From: Phoronis australis
Lineage: Eukaryota > Animalia > Phoronida
DNA: 64,000 nt
NCBI GenBank assembly: GCA_002633005.1
Contig: NMRA01000354.1
Span: 391,298-455,297, forward strand
Reading direction: 5' to 3'
Shown: one piece after another, positions 12,201 through 24,200 of the stretch
Position numbering within the stretch: position 1 is the stretch's first letter
Layout: the number at the start of each line of letters is the position of its first letter
Made by a program: the position numbers and the translations under genes
Notes under the pieces: model-generated
What the model was told of the DNA's origin: nothing
What the model saw: only the letters and a program-made list of their open reading frames with translations
Databases searched by the model: none

Positions 12201-15200
12201 AGATCTCGTTCGTCCGTCGGACCCACAATTCTATCCTTCTTTACCCATTCATCGTATCTGAATCGACAATTCCGTCACGTGATCAGCGTCACAAAAGTGT
12301 ATACTATTAGTGACGGTGTAACACCATAATTTTAACTACAGAACTTTTTACCCACTGTTTATTGAAATATCTGAAGTAACATCTTTACATAAACACCAAT
12401 GACTGTGCGTAGATAACTACCAATTCAGTGTTCTCCACAACAAAAAAATTCAAACTCAACTTGAAGTACAAAATTCGTGTACATGATGTTTGAAAGCCTA
12501 TGTCCAAGTCCACTAGGGGGAGTTTGTGTTCTAGGTCTTGCAATAAATGCATTGAAGTGGTACCAAAAATACAAAATAATCTAACTTGCTTATGAGAAAT
12601 AACTAATCTTCCAATACTTCAAACTCGTTGCATAGGTTTTCAAACTTGACGCAAGTAAGCCAAACTGGTCACCACAAAATTCAAACTCGACACAGTGACA
12701 AGACAAAACAGGTCGTGGAGAACACTGGAATTTACCTAATAAACACCTGTCCAGCAACCAGGAAAAAATAGGCTAAAATTATTTTTGTCAATATACAAAA
12801 TCTAGACAAGAGAAACAGAAAAATTCATCATTTTCTTTTACTTTTTATTCCTCAGAAATCATAAAACCTTTCACAAATATTTATAAATGTTATCATGAAT
12901 GGATAAACACCGGGCTCGATTAATAATTAAACGAGTCCTAAGTCGTCTAAATATTTTGCGCTGAGTCCATCCCTCACGTACCTGATATTCCACCCCGCAT
13001 AGTGCACCCAGTACTGATAGGTTCCATTTTCCAGTTCAGCTTCCATCACTTTGGCCTCGTAAATATTCTGGTTGCGACCCCTGCCATAGCGTATTTTAAC
13101 TTTAACTCCCGGTGGGTAGACTGGCTCAACGTCTTTCTGTGACGACTCCATGGGTTTTGATGGTTCACTGGGACGAGAATGTTAGATTTAGCGATATACT
13201 GAATTGCCGGGATTAAAAGTTGTTACTGATCATTTCTGAAAATATTAGCGCTTGAGACATCCGACCTTGGTTTAACAATGGAGACATCTTCAAGAATTCA
13301 TCATAATGTTGAATGACGACTACGGGAATAAACATCTGACTAAGGGATGTTCCAGCAAAAAACGTATGGGAGTGGAGGGTAGCACTTTCATTTTTTACCC
13401 ACTGCCCATATTTTTCTTCCATTTTTCCAACCCATGACCTATAATATTTAATTTGGTTGAAATATTGAAATGCAACTACCCATATTTTTAAATCATGCTT
13501 GAATTGTACATGGTAATTAGGTGTTATTCTCTTAAGATATTTTCAGTCTTCAGTGTTTCGTGAGACAACAGCAGTCCAGCAGACAACATCAGCTCCCTCT
13601 CAAGGCAAGGAATAAAAACTCACACATGCTCTCCAGTGAATAGCGATTAACCAACAACAATATTGATATGCACTCTTCTTGTGCATTGCAAATGGCAGAT
13701 GTTAGGGGTGTTCATTATTTCAAAATTCTTACAAGAAGGAACAACACTTCTAAACAAATTGCCTCTAGGATGATATTTTAAGTACTTTGATGAATGACGG
13801 ACAAGAGGGTCGTCGAATTAAAACGAAAACCAACTTCTGTTAGCGCATCCATCCCTGCCATATATCTTTGTACCAAATTTCATCTAGTTGGGCCCAGCAG
13901 CTTTTGTCAAAAACTAAAATGGCCAACAAGAGGTTCTACAGTAGCCAAATCTGTCCGAAAATCAGCTGGTGCCGGTGCACACCAGCCATCTGTATGTCAA
14001 ATGTTATCACGATCCGTTGAGCAGTTTCTACATAATCCATGGACAAGCAATGACTTAAACAGTCAAAAACTAACAATAGTTGAATCCGTCCAAAAACTGA
14101 CTGGTGCTGGTGCAATTTCGCCACATACCTCTGTATCGAATTTCATCATGATCCGTCAATCAGTTTTTGAGATAATTGACACACAAGGAATGGCTTGTCC
14201 AAAACTAAAACGCCCAACATGGGATACCACAGTAGCCAAATCCATCTGAAAATCGATTGGTACTGGCGCATCCCTGCCAAGTACCTCTCAACCAAATTCC
14301 ATTATGATCCACCTAATGGTTCTTGAGATAATGACAGACCGACTGACGGACAGCCAAACGGACAGACGGGATGCCGAATATATGTGACCACAACAGTTTT
14401 TGTGGTGCAGAAAAATTCCATGTGAAATCACAACTCATGTCAGTTACCACAAATCTGCTTTTTACAAAGACACCTGTGAGCAATACTTTAGGCAACCACC
14501 AGGTGTCTCTGTCCATCATGTGTCTGTAATTTCAATGAGATTTTTTCAACTTCAAGAATATAGCAATCTCAAAGTGCTTCCACGAATGCTCTTAGACTGC
14601 TATGTCTAGTGAATATTGGAACTTGTCTGTCTGACTTCACATCCTTTTCATTAACAAATTCATCAGTTTTCCTAAGATCAAGTTGCCCATGACTTGAGTA
14701 AAGACATAGTGAGAAACTCGCAAGTGAGCCATTTTGTAGAATGAAATGAAAAAGATTTGCCTGGAAACTGTTATCAACAAAGACCTCCAAAAACCAGTTT
14801 ACACAACTAAATCCAAGTTTCAAACATAAACAATATTTCACAGATACCTGAGCTCATCACCAGACTCTTCACTCTCATCCTTTTCCACCTTTTTGTCTTT
14901 CTCAGATTTCTTCACATCATTACTGTGGTGTCCACCATCTCGCAACGACGATCTGCGCCGACCCTGAAGCAAAAGACAGCCACTGCGCATAACACTAAGA
15001 CTGTAATTTGTATGTGAACTAGCAATACATCAGGGAAACTTTGAGGAGTAGGTATGGTGAACGTATATTAGTATCCTATCAAACGGCTTTCTAAAACAGT
15101 ATCTGCAGTGTATACTGTAGAAGCCAAGTAAGAAGCAAGTCCCCAATCATCTACACAAAACAGTAATTCATTTTTCAGTTCTACAACTATCCAGACATAG

Positions 15201-18200
15201 GTTGATAACCAACAATAATTGAATTTGTCCACAAGTTCCAATATTTGTTGAATCCTGTTAATTTACTATAGTTATTTTGCGATAGTTAAGTGATGTATAT
15301 ATCTGAATATCAACCTCCAGTTATAATTTTTTACCTAAAACCGTAAAGACAGACCTTCCACTAAAGGAGAAAATATACTTGAATTGTTACACTAATGCAT
15401 ATTGTTTATTATTCAATAAATCATGTTTCAATTAAAATACATAAAAGACTACGTAATGCAGACTTAGCCAGACAATGAGATTTTGTCAGTGTAAAGCCAA
15501 ATTCAACCCATCTCAATGGCTGAGTACATGAACTAAACAAATATGCCATTTGTCCAGTTTAAGTTAAGATCCAAATTATGCGAACTTTACTGTATGTTGC
15601 ACAACATGACAACATAATGCTGCTAGCCCCTCCCATTCACTGTACAGTATTACAACTTAATGATGATAGCCCCTCCCACTGTACAGCATGACAAAATAAT
15701 GCAGCTAGCACCTCTCACTTACTGTACAGAGTGACAACATAACGCCGCTAGCCCCTCCCACTCACTGTATGTGAAGCGTGACAACATAATGCTGCAAGCC
15801 CCATTCACTCAATGTATGAACAGCGTGAGAACATAACGCCGCTAGCCCCTCCCACTCACCAGCTTCTTGAGCGATTCCTCCTCCTTCTTTGGCGATGACT
15901 CATCTTCAGACTCAATCCCCTTCTTAGACTGCTCCTCCTCTAATCTCGCCTTCGACGGCCGGCCCCTCCTTGGACTGTCTGGCCGTCGCGGGCTCTCACA
16001 CTTCTCAACATCAACTCGGTCTAGGCGACTCCTGCTGCGACGAGGTACCTCGTTTTCCGGAGGTTCTTCTTTCTTAAGTCGAGCACTGGGTTTCTAAACA
16101 GATACATTCGGAAACAACTCAATATCAATACTATAAACACACAACAGGGAACAACACAAACGTGTCAGCACAGCATGAGAATCTGTTGTACAGTGTAACC
16201 TTGGTATGTTTTTTCAAAAGCTAAACTAAATTTGAAATTTTCTATGTTAATGTTTTGTGTAGGCTAATAAACCAGATGAGAACACAACATTAAAATGTCC
16301 AAAAAATATGTTTTGCAAATTGGTCCTCAGAGCTGAAAACTTAAATTTTGATTAAATAAGACAACCTGGTACCAAAAAAAAGCAGCTTTTAAGATCTAAA
16401 AAGTGACAATTATTACCCTTTTAAGGCCATCACCATCGCTATCTGCCTTCAATGGCTTCTGACCATCTTTTATATCTTCTGACTGGACCTTGGACTTCTC
16501 TTCAGATTTTACTTTTGGTTTAACTTCTTTTAATTTTTCAGGTTTAATCTCTTTTAACTTCTCTGACTTAACTTCTTTAGATTTCTCAGGTTTAACTTCT
16601 TTCGGTTTTTCAGGCTTAACTTCTTTCGATTTCTCAGGCCTAACATCTTTTGATTTCTCTGGCCTAACTTCTTTCGCTTTCTCTAGCCTAACTTCTTTCG
16701 CTTTCTCTAGCTTAACTTCTTTCGACTTCTCAGGTTTTACTTCTTTCAACTTCTCCTCAGATTTAGCCTTCACTTTATCATCACCTCTAGGTTTTGATTT
16801 ATCTTCCATCTTTTCACCTACACCTTCCTTTTCCTTGTCTTTGTCAACATCTTTGTTCCTTACCTAAAATGTCCCCACAAATGTTGATGAAACGAAACAA
16901 CCAAAGCTTCATTAAACACCAATAAAAGCCACATAAAGCACTGCTATGCTCCTGCATGATGCATTCCCCACAGCAAACTATGAGTATGTTATTTCAACAA
17001 GGAAAACGGCTAAAAACAAGTCAGAAATGTTAAACAATGGNCGTTGTGCCTAGCAGTTTTTGTCAAAAACTAAAATGGCCAACAAGAGGTTCTACAGTAG
17101 CCAAATCTGTCCAAAAATCGGCTGGTGCCAGTGCATACCAGCCATCTGTATGTCAAATGTCATTACGATCCGTTGAGCACTTTCTACATAATCGACGGAC
17201 AAGCAATGACTTGAGCAGTCAAAAACTAACAATAGTTGAATCCATCCAAAAATTGACTGGTGCTGGCGCATTCTCGCCACATACCTCTGTATCGAATTTC
17301 ATCATGATCCGTCAAGCAGTTTTTGAGATAATTGACACACAAGGAATGGCTTGTCCAAAACTAAAACGCCCAGCATGGGATACCACAGTAGCCAAGTCCA
17401 TCTGAAAATCGATTGGTACTGGCGCATCCCTGCCAAGTACCTCTCAACCAAATTCCATCATGATCCACCTAATGGTTCTTGAGATAATGACAGACCGACT
17501 GACGGACAGCCGATCGGACGGACGGGATGCCGAATATATGTGTGGTGCAGAAAAATTCCATGTGAGATCACAACTCATGTCAGTTACCACAAATCTGCTT
17601 TTCACAAAGACACCTGTGAGCAATACTTTAGGCAGCCACCAGGTGTCTCTGTCCATCATGTGTCTGTAATTTCAACGAGATTTTTTCAATTTCAAGAATA
17701 TAGCAATCTCAAAGTGCTTCCACAAATGCTCTTAGACTGCTATCTCAAGTGAATATTGGAACTTGTCTGTCTGACTTCTCATCCTTTTCATTAACAAATT
17801 CATCAGTTTTCCTGAGATTAAGTTGCCCATGACTTGAGTAAAGACACAGCATACACATTGCACTTTGTACACTAGCAACATGGGCTTGTTTTGTTGTTTT
17901 TGGGAAGTTTTGGATATCTGCTACTTGAATTTTTGGCGAGTTGTATTTTTTTGATAGGATACTGAGGTCGTGTTTGGTTGGAAATACCCACCTGTCAACA
18001 TTTACAGGACAAAAATATGACCCACTTTTAATGAATTGTATACTTCTTTCACGAAGAACCACCCATAATTTATTTTTTTCGAAAGACAACCACCCATTCA
18101 TTTTTATTTCAACTGCCGTCCCCCCTCCCATATGGATTTTGCTTGAACAGAATTTTGACCACATACTTGTTCAATAGTCCTTTTGCGAGTTTATAACAAT

Positions 18201-21200
18201 AAGGCGAGATTATGTGAGACTTAACTGTGACGTCACAGGAAGTGGGGCAAAAGCATGTCGTTTGGCCATTTGCCAATACGGTAGCAGAGCGTATTCTGTT
18301 ATTTTCTTCGAATTTTTAGCCATTTAGTTAAAAAAATGCGAAACAAGCATTGCTGTTATGGCAAGTGAAATTCAGATTCGCACTACAATACGTTCTATGG
18401 CGTTCTGCACTAATTTCGTCCTGTGTATTTCAAACGGGCGGCACGCGAAATCTGCTCACTGATTAAGTGTTCATCTCGTCAAAAATACATTCTACACTTA
18501 AAATTATCACCTAAAAAGGCGCTTACTTTCTTCAGTGATCCTTTCTGCTTCTAAACATATCTTCGATGAAGCATAGCTACGGGAATTCAGGTGACTTTGG
18601 CAAATAATTCCAACTCCACTTTGTGGTTACTGCTAACTCTGCGTGAGCTATTTTGTAGAATGAAATGAAAAAGATTTGCCTGGAAACTGTTATCAACAAA
18701 GAACTCCAAAAACCAGTTTAATTACACAAATAAATGCTAGTCTTAAACATAAACAATATTTCACAGATACCTGAGCTCATCACCAGACTCTTCACTCTCA
18801 TCCTTTTCCACCTTTTTGTCTTTCTCAGATTTCTTCACATCATTACTGTGGTGTCCACCATCTCGCAACGACGATCTGCGCCGACCCTGAAGCAAAAGAC
18901 AGCCACTGCACGTAACACTAAGACTGTAATTCGTATGTGAACTAGAAATACATCAGGGAAGCCCTGCTTTCTAAAACAATATCTGCAGCGTATGTGTAGA
19001 AGCCAAGAGAGAAGCAAATCCCCGATCATCTTCACAAAAAAGTAATTCATTTTTTCAGTTCTACAACTATCCAGACCTAGGTCGATAGATTGCTAACCAA
19101 AAATAATTGAATTTGTCAACAACTTCCAATATTTGTTGCACAACATGACAACATAATGCTGCTAGCCCCTCCCATTCACTGTACAGTATTACAACTTAAT
19201 GATGATAGCCCCTCCCACTGTACAGCATGACAAAACAATGCAGCCAGCACCTCTCACTTACTGTACAGAGTGACAACATAACGCCGCTAGCCCCTCCCAC
19301 TCACTGTATGTGCAGCGTGACAACATAATGCTGCAAGCCCCATTCACTCAATGTATGAACAGCATGAGAACATAACGCTGCTAGCCCCTCCCACTCACCA
19401 GCTTCTTGAGCGATTCCTCCTCCTTCTTTGGCGATGACTCATCTTCAGACTCAATCCCCTTCTTAGACTGCTCCTCCTCTAATCTCGCCTTCGACGGCCG
19501 GCCCCGCCTTGGACTGTCTGGCCGTCGCGGGCTCTCACACTTCTCAACATCAACTCGGTCTAGGCGACTCCTGCTGCGACGAGGTACCTCATTTTCCGGA
19601 GGTTCTTCTTTCTTAAGTCGAGCACTGGGTTTCTAAACAGATACATTCAGAAACAACTCAATATCAATACTATAAACACACAACAGGGAACAACACAAAC
19701 GTGTCAGCACAGCATGAGAATCTGTTGTACAGTGTAACCTTGGTATGTTTTTTTAAAAGCTAAACTAAATTTGAAATTTTCTATGTTAATGTTTTGTGTA
19801 GGCTAATAAACCAGATGAGAACACAACATTAAAATGTCCAAAAAATATGTTTTGCAAATTGGTCCTCAGAGCTGAAAACTTAAATTTTGATTAAATAAGA
19901 CAACCTGGTACCAAAAAAAAGCAGCTTTTAAGATCTAAAAAGTGACAATTATTACCCTTTTAAGGCCATCACCATCGCTATCTGCCTTCAATGGCTTCTG
20001 ACCATCTTTTATATCTTCTGACTGGACCTTGGACTTCTCTTCAGATTTTACTTTTGGTTTAACTTCTTTTAATTTTTCAGGTTTAATCTCTTTTAACTTC
20101 TCTGACTTAACTTCTTTAGATTTCTCAGGTTTAACTTCTTTCGGTTTTTCAGGCTTAACTTCTTTCGATTTCTCAGGCCTAACATCTTTTGATTTCTCTG
20201 GCCTAACTTCTTTCGCTTTCTCTAGCCTAACTTCTTTCGCTTTCTCTAGCTTAACTTCTTTCGACTTCTCAGGTTTTACTTCTTTCAACTTCTCCTCAGA
20301 TTTAGCCTTCACTTTATCATCACCTCTAGGTTTTGATTTATCTTCCATCTTTTCACCTACACCTTCCTTTTCCTTGTCTTTGTCAACATCTTTGTTCCTT
20401 ACCTAAAATGTCCCCACAAATGTTGATGAAACGAAACAATCAAAGCTTCATTAAACACCAATAAAAGCCACATAAAGCACTGCTATGCTCCTGCATGATG
20501 CATTCCCCACAGCAAACTATGAGTATGTTATTTCAACAAGGAAAACGGATAAAAACAAGTCAGAATTGTTAAACAATGGATGACAGTTAATCCTTGACAG
20601 GGATAGACATGCCAAAGTTCATAAAGATACATCTACGACAGTCGTAGATATGGAGGCAGACACAAAACAAAAAATTATCCTATATGCGTGATAGTATGGC
20701 CATGAAATACGGGTCGTATTGTGAGGTTTGATAAGGAAGAACTACTTTTACATATTCAACCTGTTGAATATAGAATTTCCGTATTCCAACACACATTGAA
20801 TACAGATGCCTTTTTTCACGCCAAAATTCCCTCCTGAGCACACATTACACTATAATTGATAGAAACATGATTATATATATAGCATTACTTTGGGTTCAGG
20901 TCAGTGCGCAATACTTTCACAGGACAATACTATGAAATGAGATCTGAAAACTAAAACAAAAAAGTGAAGTAAAAATATTGTTGACAATGTTTCTTAATAT
21001 ACCGTGAAATTTTGCACCTGAGTAATACACTTAGATCACAAAAAGTCTGGAACTTGCCACAATATATTTGGGATTAGGAAAGCAATATACACTACAAATG
21101 CATGCCTCCTTTTGGTCACCTATTGCACTACACCAGTTGAGGTTCTTTACGGTCAAATATGAATCAATTTTTAAATTCGTTTTCAAAACAATCGAAATAC

Positions 21201-24200
21201 GTCGAGCCCCAAAGCCAAACTGCAACTTCTGTAAACACTGTGTTTTTGTCAATTTTACGATAAGTTTCGGAATACTTTCTACCAAAAAATGATAAGAACC
21301 GCATGCAAGGAGCATTTTTAAGAAGCGTCTGAACTTGCATCAGCCACAACATCTGGGTGTCCAGCACAGATATTACTCATCGAAGTCAAGAAAAATCGTC
21401 AGAAATGTAAGCAAACATTAATTTAGAAATAGATTTAGCTCAAACTCTGACGAAAATACCGAAAATAGCAGTTATGCACCCTAAGCCTGTAGCTGCTGTA
21501 AAATACAACTTGACTACCATGTAATGCAGGCTGCAAAAAATTCATTAATAAAAATTTTGCGTTCACGTATACGTGTCAAGCAATCTGCGATCATCATTGA
21601 TAGAAGATGACAAACGACACCAAAACAAGCGGAGCAATCTGTGTAAACCCGCTTCTTTAAAGAATCCTCCGTGGGGCGGATAGGATAAATGGGTTATACA
21701 ATGTTTATGTTTGTACCAGTGTGTTATTATATCTCGATTCGTGATATACACTTGGGGGCTCACTGCAATATTCCGAGTTATCCGCACAACAACCACGCCT
21801 TCCTCAGTCAGAACACATCTGTCACATTCCGTGACGACAGAGAGGAAGACATTAAAAACAGAGACGAAAATACTAGAGTTGCCACAAGAAAGATCCCTCC
21901 GATAAAGGAGCTTGTGCTGCCTTCTAACAAATTTCTGATATATTTCATAAAGATTTGACAGTCACACCAAAGATATAGAAGTGGACACAAGAACTGAAAC
22001 TGCAAAAGGAAGACAATTACGTGCAACAATCGAAGTCAACATCCTACCTTTTCCTCAGGAGTAGTCACTCCTGGCATCTTCCGCTCTGGTTTTGGAGATC
22101 TTGTAGCATCCTTCTCTCTGAACGACAGCAAGCTGCGGCGACCACCCTGGCCTCGACCTGGTCGACTAATAGTACCCATGGTGCTACCCAGTTTACGATA
22201 GAAGTCTTCAAAGGCATGCAAGTATCTGAAACAATTATAAGGGGGTTGAGTTGAGGTAAAGAAAACAGAACCACAGACTAAGAAATAGTGCGGGGAAATT
22301 CTTTGTCCTTCCAGTCCTATATTAGGTCCAAACGTCAACATTCTTTTTCTTATATATGCTGAAAAGGACATGCAGTCCAGTGCATCTTCTACATGTTCAC
22401 AGTGATCAATCACTGCGAGGCATGCAGGTGTCAAACAAGGAAACACACGGTGGCCAGCTCAGACAGTTGTAAGGCGATGCCCTACAATCTTTGCACAGGG
22501 GTGGATTTCCAATTATAATAGGTTAAATTTCACTCAATCGCAATGAACAGGACTACCCCGGTCAGTGGAGAATACATTTGTTCGTCTAGAATACTTGCAG
22601 TAGAAGATGCGACCAGAAAAAATGTTGTGAAGTGAGAAATTTCACCAGGGAATGCAGATTTTTCAAATGAAGACTTTAACACTCTGCGAAAAATTCTCTG
22701 ACTTCAGAGACCTTAAAGAAAATTCCAGACACTTGTAGCACACGAATAAAAAGAATAAACAAAGTTCAAGTGAAATATTTCCAGGGATGTGAAAGTTCTT
22801 TAAAAAAAGGTCTACAGGATCAAATGTCTAGGCAATATTTCGTCTACATCAGTTTCTATGCTCGCCAATTTAATGGTTTTGTATCATTTAAAACTTACCA
22901 CTTTAGGAACTATTTGCACAGAGGTGACATGAAAGTACAGTAGCTGTCATAAGTAATGTGACAAAATTCACATTACCCAGAGTAAACGGGTAACTACACT
23001 CTACTTACTTCTTATAAGCCTGTTTAATTTGGTAGGAGGCCGTGCTGACAACAGGCAGATTCATCTTGGAGTAAACTAGACGCCACTTCATTTGACTCGT
23101 CACCCGGTTGTAGCCGCCATACTTTTGTACCAGTTTGAATAATTTGTACAGGTTCAGGTCTCGGTTGCCCAGCGATGGGCCTTTATTTAGAGGCGTGCCT
23201 CGATCGTCCATGAACTTATAGAGTTGTGCCACAAAATGATCTTTCTCCTCTGTTTGCTCGTCATCAGAACTCTGCAACATTTCAACAAAATTTATAACAC
23301 ATCGAGTCGTAATCTTCAGAGCACAGGCATTGTAATCTAGCACCATACTGAGTGAGAGTTTAAGTCATTGACCTTTAATTACCATGCATTTGAATGTTTA
23401 ATACCTTAATTGAAAACAAGCACCACTTTGCAATAATTTTTCTTGTTCATGCAAAAAGAATAAAACAAGTGAATGAGGAACAAAACGATGCGATACTGCG
23501 AAGATTTCTCCAGGGCCAGCATGTATTCAATGATATGCAATTATCACTCATTGCCAAGTAGTTTTTCGCTTAAGACGGTCAGTCTTGACGGTTGCCAAAT
23601 CTCATACATTAGGTTGCAGCCGGTGACAGTTGATATCACTTACTTCATTCCCAGTCTCTTCACTCTCACTGTCAGAGCCCAATAACGCCTCTTTGTCCCA
23701 GTTGGCAGGTAGCTCTCTGTTATCAATGTACAATAAAGCCTTCTCGATGGCAGCTTTCAAGGACTTGTCTTCATTCTTCAAGGCTGTTTCTCGCGTGAAC
23801 TGTTTAACGTCTTTCTTCGATACACCAATACTGGAAAACATCAACAACCATAGGTAAAAGTCACTTATTTTCCTGCTAGGTGCCAAAATGATGCACCGAA
23901 TTTGGCATCACCCCATATATCAATGAGACTGCCAACCCACGTGGCACAAAATCTGTAATCTGCAAATAATAAATTAATTTTCAATATTTCTATGAAAAAT
24001 CTAGTTTAAACCAAAAGATGGTATAATACCCCTGAAACAACAAATTTCAGTTTTAAACCATGTTCAACAAAAAAATCATGTTCAACATTAAAAATTAATC
24101 ACGTCTACGCACTGCGGTCAACGTGGTAAATTCTACACCAGACCACAGCCAAACAATTTTTGATATCTCCTAATTCTCAATTCATGAAAGGGAAAGCCTG

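Larger units (their letters stand above)
13887..20579. repeat. Tandem duplication of three ARID4 exons plus introns (copy 1 13887-17040, copy 2 17043-20579), joined at an 'n' at 17041
   Basis: Near-identical exons with an offset of 3539 nt for A and B; introns differ by SNPs and large indels. Confidence 0.95.

Noticed and set aside
13794-14249. 151-aa ORF with internal repeats, and its copy at 17037
   Set aside because: It is a translation of non-coding ~140-bp subrepeats, with no domain or splice support.
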